64,000 nucleotides of DNA from Candidatus Poribacteria bacterium (GCA_965208325.1 OZ242326.1:1664001-1728000); one strand, 5' to 3'; positions 37,608 to 46,529 are shown, numbered from the stretch's first letter. The notes: a model not told the origin generated them from the letters alone. A program made the numbers and translations.

Positions 37608-39410
37608 TCACCCTTGCTGAACCGAATGAGCCTGATGGGCTTCGATGAATTCCTCAAGACTTTCCACGATCTTATCAAACTTTTCAAAATCATCAACTTT
37701 CTTCCGTTTTTCACAAATCCAGTCGCAAAATTTCTTTTTATTAAGACGCTTCGTATATCCACCGTCATCCCCTGGGTATTCGCAATAGAAGCAATCGTCA
37801 AAAAGTTCCGCCGGGAAAAGATTTTCAATGCCTTTATTCACTTTGTTATTTTCAGTATTACGCGGAATTGACCGCACCCAAAGACGTTCGACTTGGTCAT
37901 CTGGCTTACCAGCATCCCAATCGTAAAGAAGCAATACTGGGCGATGGAACAACGATACCTTCGATTCGTAAACGTTCTTAAATCTATTTAGCCCGCTAGA
38001 TCCTCCAGGACGAGGTTGATTTCCCCCTTCCATGCCCACAGGTTCAATATCAAAAGAGTTTAGAAGATCTTCCTTTCCCAATAAAGCTAGAGCTGTTTGA
38101 ACATAGCGCACATCTGAGGTGCCTTCTGTAAGAACTAGAGGTTTATTTCCCTCCATGAAACGCTGTTCTATCTGTTCCTTAAAGCTTTCTGTATTTTGAT
38201 AGTATTCAAAAGCTTTCCCAAATTCAGTGAACCGTTCGCTACTAATTCTGCTGCCGGTTGGTAATTCAAGAATGGTGAATCCGTCCGGACCGTACATCCT
38301 GTCCATGCCAAGAAGGAATAGCGGAGAGTGAGATGATACAATAAACTGAACTTTCGGAAACAGTTGTATGAGTTTTGGGATCACTTCATATTGGAGAGAC
38401 GCGTGCAAGTGAGCGTCAATTTCGTCTATCAATACAACGCCCGTAATCTCAGATAGACGAATGCTCCTGTTGATGTCAATTCGTTCACCATATCGAATGA
38501 TTGTGGCAAATAGGTGGAACAACTGAGATTGACCTTCCGATAACGACTGTAAGCTAGGAATCATCTGTCTATTGTTTAACTGTATGGAAAGCCGAGATGG
38601 TGCAAGGTTCCGAAAGTTCAAATGTAACTTTGCGGTACCATCTTGAAGTATCGCCTGCAATATGCGTTCGACATTCTGCCGGGCTCGCTGAAGAGCTTGA
38701 CGGTTTTCCAAGTTAACTACTTCTTCTATACTCAAATTGGGCCTTAGGAGTCTCAGGTCAACCAAGGAGTCAAGAAATACATCCAATATCCAACTGATAT
38801 TTTCCTCTGTGCAGGTTTCTACCCGAATGGGTTTGGCAAGCTCTTGATTAAAGCGGCCGATTGCGGAATCTTCCGGTCCGGCTTTTAAACTCTTCGGGTT
38901 TAACCAGTCAGGATCTTCTCGGCGGCTGGCAGGAAAAAAGACATGGGCACCTTTTTCCATCTCGGTCTTGATGATCTCTTTGTTGCGTGATACTTTCTTG
39001 TGGTTTCCATCTAGTTGCCAGTTCCACACAGGAGCAAATACAGATCTGAGATCAGGGTAAGGGGTTCCCGGATCGAGCTGTCCAGCTTTCTCACAGTAAT
39101 GTAACTCACTGGCAGCAGTTCTGAAACGAAGGAGACTTAAGCTAAACGCTTCTCCACTCCTTATTGCCCTTCCACTAATGATTCGGAAATATGGAGTATT
39201 TGGACCACCAGAAGGGACAATGTCAGTAAAGGCTTTTTTTGCAAACTCCATAAGTGCGTCAACGATATAGGAGATGAAGACGCTTTTACCTGATCCGTTG
39301 GGTCCGACGATTATTACAGGACGAGGATTATTATTGTCATCGAACGGTAGGTTTACATGACATTTTGAAATGGGACCGGTATTTTCTAGGTATATTTCAG
39401 ATAGATACAT
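37608..39410 (-). CDS. ABC/AAA_21-type ATPase with C-terminal TOPRIM domain (OLD-like), putative defence protein
   Basis: Walker A GPNGSGKS, signature LSEGQ, Walker B LIDEIDAHLH, H-loop SSHSP, TOPRIM LTEGTSD and LLYDWD, IENLF. Confidence 0.85.
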   Translation of the reverse strand: MYLSEIYLENTGPISKCHVNLPFDDNNNPRPVIIVGPNGSGKSVFISYIVDALMEFAKKAFTDIVPSGGPNTPYFRIISGRAIRSGEAFSLSLLRFRTAASELHYCEKAGQLDPGTPYPDLRSVFAPVWNWQLDGNHKKVSRNKEIIKTEMEKGAHVFFPASRREDPDWLNPKSLKAGPEDSAIGRFNQELAKPIRVETCTEENISWILDVFLDSLVDLRLLRPNLSIEEVVNLENRQALQRARQNVERILQAILQDGTAKLHLNFRNLAPSRLSIQLNNRQMIPSLQSLSEGQSQLFHLFATIIRYGERIDINRSIRLSEITGVVLIDEIDAHLHASLQYEVIPKLIQLFPKVQFIVSSHSPLFLLGMDRMYGPDGFTILELPTGSRISSERFTEFGKAFEYYQNTESFKEQIEQRFMEGNKPLVLTEGTSDVRYVQTALALLGKEDLLNSFDIEPVGMEGGNQPRPGGSSGLNRFKNVYESKVSLFHRPVLLLYDWDAGKPDDQVERLWVRSIPRNTENNKVNKGIENLFPAELFDDCFYCEYPGDDGGYTKRLNKKKFCDWICEKRKKVDDFEKFDKIVESLEEFIEAHQAHSVQQG

Positions 39411-39505
39411 GTAAGTAGCTCTCAAAAATCAAATGTCGCAGTGTTTTCGGTTAGGCTGAGACCGTACAATGTAATTGCTCAACACATTAATAGCGATTTC
39501 TGCGT

Positions 39506-39580
39506 TGTTTGAATCACGGACTGACACGGATTCAAAAATCCGCGTTATCTGCTACATCTGTTTAATCCGTGATTCGGACA
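39506..39580. repeat. Family B inverted pair
   Basis: TGTTTGAATCACGGA (39506-39520) and TCCGTGATTCGGACA (39566-39580), 13/15 inverted. Confidence 0.72.
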
Positions 39581-39589
39581 GTATTTTCA

Positions 39590-39615
39590 TCCACAATCGC
39601 AATTTCTTCAGGGGT
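39590..39615 (-). repeat. 26-bp direct repeat of 40220-40245, the 3' tip of a type IIG R-M gene (TPEEIAIV)
   Basis: tccacaatcgcaatttcttcaggggt vs tctacaatcgcaatttcttcgggggt: 24/26, both differences synonymous. Confidence 0.85.
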
Positions 39616-39645
39616 TGTAATAGGATTCGGTAGCAACATAATAAA

Positions 39646-39676
39646 GGCGGCAGTAACCTCATTTCACTCTGCCGCC
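39646..39676 (-). terminator. Intrinsic terminator downstream of the mini GIY-YIG gene
   Basis: GGCGGCAG/CTGCCGCC 8-bp stem followed by TTTATT on the minus strand. Confidence 0.6.
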
Positions 39677-39789
39677 AAAATCGAACGTCAATGTCCTCTG
39701 GTGTTCAGCACGTACAGAAAACCCTAAAAACAATCAATTGAGGATTTCATTCTTATGTCATCAATAGAATGAAAATATGTACGTGGGAA

Positions 39790-39993
39790 TTAAGGGGTAC
39801 CGCGTTTCTGGTCCTTTTCCCAATCCCTAGCACCGTCTTGTGTTGAGACATTCCCAACCTTCGTAACATGAACATCTTTTCCATATTCTCGTTGATGTTC
39901 TTTTTCACGGCGGTCGAGGTCCTTAGTAACACCGCTGCGAATAATTGTATTGCCTCGTTTCAAATGATACTTGTAGGTATCACGTGCACCCAT
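39790..39993 (-). CDS. Minimal (67 aa) GIY-YIG-like nuclease
   Basis: YKY...RSGVTKDLDRREKEH...ARDWE follows the GIY-YIG pattern YxY..YxGxTxdLxRRxxeH..AxxxE. Purine-rich RBS and upstream TTGCAT-N18-TAATAT (40056-40027). Confidence 0.7.
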   Translation of the reverse strand: MGARDTYKYHLKRGNTIIRSGVTKDLDRREKEHQREYGKDVHVTKVGNVSTQDGARDWEKDQKRGTP

Positions 39994-40212
39994 GGGTAGT
40001 TTCCCCCTTTCTCAAAAAGTAATGGTATATTAGCATCCCTGGATGACCGAATGCAAGGAAAAATGCATTTCGACTGCTATATATTGTGTAAAACTATGAA
40101 ATATACCCAACATATAGGAGATTTGGTCAGTCAGAAATGAATAAGAAGTTGACCTCAACTTTCACCAATCAAAACTTATTCTAGCCCATTCAAACTACCC
40201 ACTTTTTGTGAG

Positions 40213-40749
40213 TCATGCCTCTACAATCGCAATTTCTTCGGGGGTAAAGTCGTACAAAGAGTATACTATCTGGTCAGTCTCAATTTCAAGTTCGGATAAA
40301 TCCGCGTCCGGGGCAGCGCGTCTGGCGGCAAGGATTTGATCGGCGAGCACTACAGTCTGCTCGTGCGTTGCTCTGTCATTTGAAATATTAAAGTCGAGGT
40401 TGGAGATGGGGATCGCTTCAATTTCAGATTTTTTGATTTTGGGAAATAGCGTTTTGAAGTCAGAACTGTTTTTTATCCAGAACCATTTACCCAATTTGCC
40501 GTTTATGCTTCCACGTACATATTTCAATGAATATTTATCGTGCGAACCAATTAGATTAAATATTGTATTCAGAATGTAAAACTGTTCCCCGTCATGAGTA
40601 GCTATTGGAGTTCGTCCTATCTGGCGAATTACTATCTTCGGATTCAGAAAATACCTTTCATTTCTCTCGCGATGCAGCCAACTACCATATTGAACATGAA
40701 GCCCTTTCCAGTTTTTCTGGTAAGTAAACCTTTCCTCACGCCTACCGCT
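40213..40749 (-). pseudogene. Orphan C-terminal (TaqI_C/TRD) fragment of a type IIG R-M gene
   Basis: Frame open from after TGA 40750-40752: ..YGSWLHRER..YFLNPKIVIRQIG..PIATHD..FPKIKKSE...QILAA...DQIVYSLYDFTPEEIAIVEA. No MTase or REase portion. Confidence 0.8.
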
Positions 40750-40868
40750 TCACATGGCCGCATTAAAATCTTGACAGCGCTGATGAAATTATGCAAAGAT
40801 TGAGAATGTTCCCAATTTTGGCGTGGATTTTCTGGGGCTGAGTGGATAGGGATCAAGGGATAAAGGAT

Positions 40869-43808
40869 ATGCAGGCTGAAGACACCATCACGACCTACAT
40901 AGCAGATATTTTGCGCGAGCGTAGAAATACCTGGACAGTAGAACCCCAGTTGCCCTTGCTGCTCGAAACCAAACGCCCCGATATAACAGTATTTGAAACC
41001 GGTAGAGAACCAATAGTCATAGAGGTAAAAATTGACTATGCACATACGGCAAATTTGGATGGGGAAGAGCAAGCGAAAGGACGTCTCGGAGAATATGTGG
41101 CACCTTTTGAAATGCTAAAAACAGCCATGTCGTTACGAGTCCCCTATCGATTTCGAAAACTTAGTACCGCCGAAATCTCCGGCGCACTCCGCCGTGCCGA
41201 TGACTTCCGTTATGCCCTCTTCAGCATAGACGATCTTCACCGTACTACCAATCCGCACCGTTTTCCCAAAAACGGTTGGATCGCTGGAAATATGGGTGAC
41301 GTTGCCACCGCGCTCCGAATCGGTGCAATTCCCGTTTCCAAGGTTTCCGAAGCCGCGGAAGAATTAGAGCGCGGCGTAAATGAAGCCGCATCCCTTCTCG
41401 CCGAAACCGCAGAGTCACGTAGTCGCATCGCAGAAACCATTGAGGATATTCTTTACCAAAAAGCGGGCAAACAGACCTATCGGATGGCGATGTTAATAAT
41501 TACGAACGCCTTTGTGTTTCAGAGCGCCCTCGCTGGCACCCCGGAAATGGAAGAGGTACCATCCCTTAGTCAACTCAAGACTGTGGCGGAAAAACTTAGC
41601 CTCAATGAAGTCTTGGACGCATGGAACGCTGTTAAACAGGTTAACTACCGTCCAATTTTTGATGTTGCGTATCGTCTAACGGATGAGGTGCTCGCAACAG
41701 ATGATGCGTTAGTCGGCCAGGTGTTGCGGATTCTGCGTGACACCGCCCGACGACTAATCACGCGTCGTCTGGAACAGGTACATGAGTTAGCAGGTATCGT
41801 CTTCCAACGGTTGATTGTTGACCGTCGATTCATAAAGGCCAATTACACGCGCCCCGAATCCGTTGCCCTGCTTTCTGCTCTCGTCTTACCCAACGAACAG
41901 CCTACCGTAGGTGACGGGCTACGTACTTTCCCAAAGGTTGCCGATTTCGCCTGTGGCACTGGGGCGTTACTAAACGGTCTTTACCAACGGATTTTGTCGC
42001 TACATGAACAAGCTGGCGGTCGCGGCAAAGATATTCACCGGCAAATGGTAGAAGATAACCTTTTAGGGGCGGACATCATGCCCAATGCTAGCCACCTCAC
42101 CGCTTCAATAATAGCCAGTACCTATCCGGATGTTAAAATCGGCAAAACCCGCATTCATACCATGGAATACGGCACCCAAAGACGCGATGGACAATATTCT
42201 ATTGGGGCATTGGATTTACTTGAAAACCCGGAGGAAACCAATCCACTAGAGTTAGATCGTGCAAAAGTGTTATTTCGATCGAAGCAAGTTCAGGGTGACG
42301 ATCGCGACACCCCGGAATCCGAGTTTCGGCACGGTGAGTTTAATGTAATTGTCGAAAATCCGCCCTTTACGCGCACGGGCGCAGACACCAGTTCGCATAA
42401 TCCTGAAGTTCCAAAGACTGTGTTCGGAGATAGGACTGACGATGTTGCCGGCGAAATGAAAGCCGCGCTTAAAAGCATAAAAACGTCTATTGCACACAGC
42501 AATGCCGGTCTCGGTTCATACTTCGTAGACCTCGCGGATCGAATGCTAATGGATGGCAATCGAGATGGCTCCCCGTGGCCGCCTACAATGGGATTCGTCC
42601 TTCCCATTACTGTTCTAACCTCACCTGACTGGCAAAAAGTTCGAAAAATGTGGGCGGAAAAATACCACGGTGTAACTGTAGTCACCATCGCCGAAGCCAA
42701 AAGGGAAAACTGTGCCTTCTCTGCGGACACAAACATGGCAGAGTGTCTCGTCGTTGCAATCAAGGGCAGGACGGAAAGCACTGGTCGCGGAACCTTTGTC
42801 TGTCTCCGCCGCAGACCAGATAGCCATTTAGAAGCGGTTGAAACCGGCAAGCAAATTCAGAGTTTGCTAGAAGTCAGAAACCTCGAAGATCCGCCGATTG
42901 GTGGCAATTCTATCAAAGTGGGGGATGAACTTGTCGGGTCTGCTTTAAATTGTCCGTTGGACGAGATATGGCCCACTTCTCGAGTTAAAGACCTCGCATT
43001 GATGCAATGCGCATATCATTTAACAAATGGGTGTATTTGGTTTCCTGAACTGCAAAATCCTTTTGAAATTCCAGTCTGTTCTGTGGCGGATATTGCGTCA
43101 ACTAGTTTTGATGAAACGATGATTAAAGGGAAAAATGGTGCATTTGATATAGAACATGGGTGCGCGGACAATGATATGTATCCGGGGCTGTGGCACGTCA
43201 GTTCAGACAAGCAACGCACGATGGTGGTTGAACCGGACTCCCACGGAATAATTCGGTCCAATTCTTGGGCGAAAGCTCAACGAATTCTAGACAGGAACAG
43301 CCGTATCCACCAAAATATAGGTTTACAGTTCAACGCAAATTCATTATCGGTGCTCTTCACAGAGAGGCCCGCTATCGGTATCCGCTCCATGCCAAATGTT
43401 AAGTTTGAGAATCCGTCGCACGATTACCCATTTGCCGTGTGGGGCAACTCAACCCTGGGATTTCTGTGCTATTGGATGCGTAGCAACAGAGTGCAAGAGG
43501 GTCGAGGTGCAATTCGTTTGACACTTTTGCGTTCTATGCCGACGTTGGATGTGCGTCAATTGGACCAGACCGCATTGCAAAATGCCGAACATATTTTTGC
43601 GGAGATGAAGAACAAAAAGATGCTTCCGTTCAATCAGATGTACGAAGATACGGTGCGTCAGAAGTTGGATAGGCGGTTGTTGTCCGAGGTGCTTGGAATA
43701 TCTGAATCTACACATCCAGAGGTCTATACGGGCTTGCATCGCCTCCGTGAGCGATTGTGTGCGGAGCCGAGCATCCACGGCGGGAAGAAGTCGAAGGTAG
43801 TGCTATAA
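40869..43808 (+). CDS. Type IIG-like fused restriction endonuclease / amino-methyltransferase
   Basis: PD-(D/E)xK (RPDI...IEVK), YTRP, motif I DFACGTGALL, GADI, motif IV NPPF, GFVLP, FSADT.MAE. AAGGA RBS before ATG 40869. Confidence 0.85.
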   Translation: MQAEDTITTYIADILRERRNTWTVEPQLPLLLETKRPDITVFETGREPIVIEVKIDYAHTANLDGEEQAKGRLGEYVAPFEMLKTAMSLRVPYRFRKLSTAEISGALRRADDFRYALFSIDDLHRTTNPHRFPKNGWIAGNMGDVATALRIGAIPVSKVSEAAEELERGVNEAASLLAETAESRSRIAETIEDILYQKAGKQTYRMAMLIITNAFVFQSALAGTPEMEEVPSLSQLKTVAEKLSLNEVLDAWNAVKQVNYRPIFDVAYRLTDEVLATDDALVGQVLRILRDTARRLITRRLEQVHELAGIVFQRLIVDRRFIKANYTRPESVALLSALVLPNEQPTVGDGLRTFPKVADFACGTGALLNGLYQRILSLHEQAGGRGKDIHRQMVEDNLLGADIMPNASHLTASIIASTYPDVKIGKTRIHTMEYGTQRRDGQYSIGALDLLENPEETNPLELDRAKVLFRSKQVQGDDRDTPESEFRHGEFNVIVENPPFTRTGADTSSHNPEVPKTVFGDRTDDVAGEMKAALKSIKTSIAHSNAGLGSYFVDLADRMLMDGNRDGSPWPPTMGFVLPITVLTSPDWQKVRKMWAEKYHGVTVVTIAEAKRENCAFSADTNMAECLVVAIKGRTESTGRGTFVCLRRRPDSHLEAVETGKQIQSLLEVRNLEDPPIGGNSIKVGDELVGSALNCPLDEIWPTSRVKDLALMQCAYHLTNGCIWFPELQNPFEIPVCSVADIASTSFDETMIKGKNGAFDIEHGCADNDMYPGLWHVSSDKQRTMVVEPDSHGIIRSNSWAKAQRILDRNSRIHQNIGLQFNANSLSVLFTERPAIGIRSMPNVKFENPSHDYPFAVWGNSTLGFLCYWMRSNRVQEGRGAIRLTLLRSMPTLDVRQLDQTALQNAEHIFAEMKNKKMLPFNQMYEDTVRQKLDRRLLSEVLGISESTHPEVYTGLHRLRERLCAEPSIHGGKKSKVVL

Positions 43809-43936
43809 ACTGGGACACTATCGTCTGGCGCCGTTCGGTCGTGTTAAATTAACAGGATAAGATGCTGACCCGGCGAAATCAAACTGGCACGCGAATTGAA
43901 ATTGTCTTTACCCGTTTTTTTGGAAAGGAATAGCCA

Positions 43937-44644
43937 ATGAAATCTTCGAAAAGCATGAAGGCCTCGCAGCGTGAAGCCCTCGGATACTGGAACCAAGCTA
44001 TAGCGCGGAATCCAGATGATACCAAGGCCTTTAACAATCGTGGCATGTATCACTTCCAACAGGGCGATTATACTTCTGCAATTGGAGACTTTAACAGAAT
44101 TATTGAAATTGACCCTTCAAATTCAAAGGCCGCTGACTATCTTTTGCGCGCATATTCGGCGCGCGGGTTAGTTTACTATGACAGGGGTGATGATGACAGC
44201 GCCATCGAAGACTTCAGTAAAGTGCTAGAGCGTGACTCGAACAATACAGACGCCTATATTTCCCGTGGAATAGCCTATTTTCGTAACGGCGATGACGACA
44301 GCGCAATTTCGGATTTTGCCCAAGTATTACAACTCAACCCCAATGAGGCGTTTGCCTATTACAGGCGTGCACTAGTATACTACGCCAAGGGCAATGTTGA
44401 CGCCGCCATTGGTGACCTGACTCAAATGATACAACTAAGACCAGATAGCGCCTCTGCCTATTTCACCCGCGGACTCATATACTTCGCTATAGGTGATAAT
44501 GATAATGCCATTAAAGATTTCACACACGCGATACACCTCAATCCGAAGAGTGTTTCAAATCGACTCAGTCGTAGTATAACTTACCTTCGTAAAGGTTTTC
44601 GTCACCATGCCATTGAGGACATGCCTAGAGATGAAGACTTTTGA
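43937..44644 (+). CDS. TPR-repeat protein
   Basis: About five repeats of AY..RG..Y...GD.D.AI.DF...L.L.P. Confidence 0.88.
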   Translation: MKSSKSMKASQREALGYWNQAIARNPDDTKAFNNRGMYHFQQGDYTSAIGDFNRIIEIDPSNSKAADYLLRAYSARGLVYYDRGDDDSAIEDFSKVLERDSNNTDAYISRGIAYFRNGDDDSAISDFAQVLQLNPNEAFAYYRRALVYYAKGNVDAAIGDLTQMIQLRPDSASAYFTRGLIYFAIGDNDNAIKDFTHAIHLNPKSVSNRLSRSITYLRKGFRHHAIEDMPRDEDF

Positions 44645-44738
44645 GCAAGAAAGGCGCCTAGGCGGGGGAAAGAGGATATACACAAGTCAAAACGCGGCAA
44701 CAATCAGCGATTCCAAATTGAATCATATCCTTTACCCC

Positions 44739-44909
44739 TACAAAATTAAACGAGACAAGGAGAGCGGCATTGTCAACGACCCTAATGGTTGGTACGCCGA
44801 CCCCCGCGCCCTCGTCGCCGCAATCAAACGCATCGTACACGTCAGCGTCGAATCAACACGCATCATTGAAGGCCTGCCAACGGAGATAACGAATGGGACT
44901 AAAGAATAG
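44739..44909 (+). pseudogene. Orphan C-terminal tail of a type ISP R-M enzyme
   Basis: YKIKRDKESGIVNDPNGW...IKRIVHVSVESTRIIEGLP matches the D..SGI.NDPN.W...R...VS.E...I...LP terminus of LlaGI-like enzymes. Similarity begins abruptly. Confidence 0.72.
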
Positions 44910-44945
44910 GGCATTTGTCTAAGACAATCATCGAAACCACAAAAA

Positions 44946-45049
44946 GCGTTGGGTTTCGCTACCCCCAACGAATCACGAACGCATTCAACCGAACGAAACC
45001 CATTCGCATTTATCCCAGTGCAACACCGACATCGATCTACCCAACCTAC
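44946..45049 (-). repeat. Single long-core GTAG REP unit
   Basis: GCGTTGGGTTTCGCT-N72-CGATCTACCCAACCTAC. Confidence 0.8.
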
Positions 45050-45213
45050 AGAATACTGAACCCTACCGTATAGTGAATCTTGCATTTTCCCGCTCGCGGG
45101 CACAATTAGCCCATAGACCCAAATTTACTATATATATGTTAAGTATTTGGGATAAATATACGTTTCAGATATTCTCTGAGACTTCGTAGCCAGCATCCCT
45201 CACTACAGCCGTT

Positions 45214-46140
45214 TCAGTCCGCGTTATCCCCATCATTGCCATTCGGCGCAGGCAGCGCCTTCGTTCCGTTGCCATCCGTTTTCTCTTCAGGCGCGTTTAA
45301 CGCTAACCGTAACCTTTCCAAATCCCCGATAAGCTCAGCGGTTTCACCGTCGATTGCTTTTTTGTCCCGTGCTGCGAACATGATTTTCGCTATCCGCGAT
45401 AACGCAAGTAAGTCAGGTGCTGACAGGCCTGTAAGTGACAGTTCTTCAAACCCCGTTATCTCCCGTATTTTCTCCAACGTTTCATGTAACATCGCTAACA
45501 GCATTTGAAAAACTCCCAAGTCATTACGCGCATTCCCCAATTTGTCGATGATTTGTTCCGCCAGCTGGGATAATACCGCGATATGCTCGACTGGCGAGGT
45601 CAACGGAATATCGCTAATTGATTGTAAATGTTCTTCTCTCGCTTCCCTCCAGACAGCGCCGTATTTCTTTTGAGGCCACCTCGCCGTTCCCGGCTTCAGA
45701 TATGACATGCGAAGAATCAAATCTTCGCGAAGCGCTTTGAATCCCATCGCGTCCTCGAAGGCCAACCGACTAATCGTTGTATCTGTAGACATCAACTCCA
45801 TTACCGCTTCAGATGTAGAACTCCCCCGTGCGTGAGCACGGACCACAAATTCCCGGTGCTCATCCAAGATAAAATGTGAAATGTAGGCACCTAATTCTTT
45901 ACGAATGATTTCCTGAACCGCATTCGTCTCGTCCTCACTCATTTCCACAAAATCGCCGTCTACGTTCATTCCTAAAGACTCAACCGCAAAATGATGCACC
46001 CGCTCAATAATCGCAGCGGCAAGATCAAACCCGCTCAATGTTTCAAACAAAGTGTCAATTTCCGAATTCAGTTCGGTGCGTTTTTCATGCGCACGATTAC
46101 CCCGAAGTGCCAACCCAAGCGAAGTCCTCGGTTTCTTCAT
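45214..46140 (-). CDS. Hypothetical protein, DUF2280-like (phage-associated helical protein)
   Basis: GAGGAGG RBS. EHREFVVRAHAR..STSEAV...YLKP...KKY...W..AREE.....DIPL resembles the DUF2280 pattern as recalled; not searched. Confidence 0.55.
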   Translation of the reverse strand: MKKPRTSLGLALRGNRAHEKRTELNSEIDTLFETLSGFDLAAAIIERVHHFAVESLGMNVDGDFVEMSEDETNAVQEIIRKELGAYISHFILDEHREFVVRAHARGSSTSEAVMELMSTDTTISRLAFEDAMGFKALREDLILRMSYLKPGTARWPQKKYGAVWREAREEHLQSISDIPLTSPVEHIAVLSQLAEQIIDKLGNARNDLGVFQMLLAMLHETLEKIREITGFEELSLTGLSAPDLLALSRIAKIMFAARDKKAIDGETAELIGDLERLRLALNAPEEKTDGNGTKALPAPNGNDGDNAD

Positions 46141-46438
46141 TTTATGACCCTCCTCGTGTCTTCAAAAAAAGTGAAATTTCACAGTAAAATGATGCGGACA
46201 TTCTGTTCCACTTGCTAGAAGATCCGTCCCACACTGCGTTTACGCCCATTTTATGCAGTTGTCGAATTACCGCATTTCCACAATTTACTGTGAAAACTGT
46301 GAAATTTGACAACATCTCTCACGAACATTTTCCGGCGCATTCTGCGCCGTCGCAACCCTGTTTTAAAGTACGTTACAAATCCCAATTCACCCGATAATCG
46401 CCCTTTTCACAATGCCTTAGCCGCCTAATTGAAACCTC

Positions 46439-46478
46439 AAAAAAAAAAAGGGAGAGACACCCCCGCGGTGTCCCTCCC
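46439..46478 (-). terminator. Strong intrinsic terminator
   Basis: GGGAGGGACACC-GCGGG-GGUGUCUCUCCC-U11. Confidence 0.85.
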
Positions 46479-46494
46479 TCGAATTTGAATTTGT
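46439..46494 (-). ncRNA. Predicted ~53-nt small RNA (or terminated leader)
   Basis: A perfect promoter is followed within ~16 nt of the predicted start by a 12-bp hairpin and U11. No ORF fits. Confidence 0.55.
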
Positions 46495-46500
46495 ATTACA

Positions 46501-46529
46501 ATTATACCCAGCCCAATGACGAATGTCAA
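46501..46529 (-). promoter_or_regulatory. Perfect-consensus sigma70 promoter
   Basis: TTGACA-N17-TATAAT on the minus strand. Confidence 0.75.

Noticed and set aside
34766..39580. CRISPR array
   Set aside because: Repeats are degenerate, irregularly spaced and in both orientations, and there are no cas genes.
37608..39790. Retron or Gabija system
   Set aside because: No reverse transcriptase (YADD) and no UvrD helicase in the window.
40644..41072. 142-aa minus-strand ORF
   Set aside because: Overlaps the R-M gene start in antisense and is off-frame to the TaqI_C remnant.
43884..43900. Sigma54 promoter before the TPR gene
   Set aside because: TGGCAC-N5-TTGA lacks the conserved -12 C, and no enhancer was seen.
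44607..44909. Genuine 100-aa gene
   Set aside because: Only the last ~56 codons resemble a protein (type ISP tail). The start overlaps the TPR gene.
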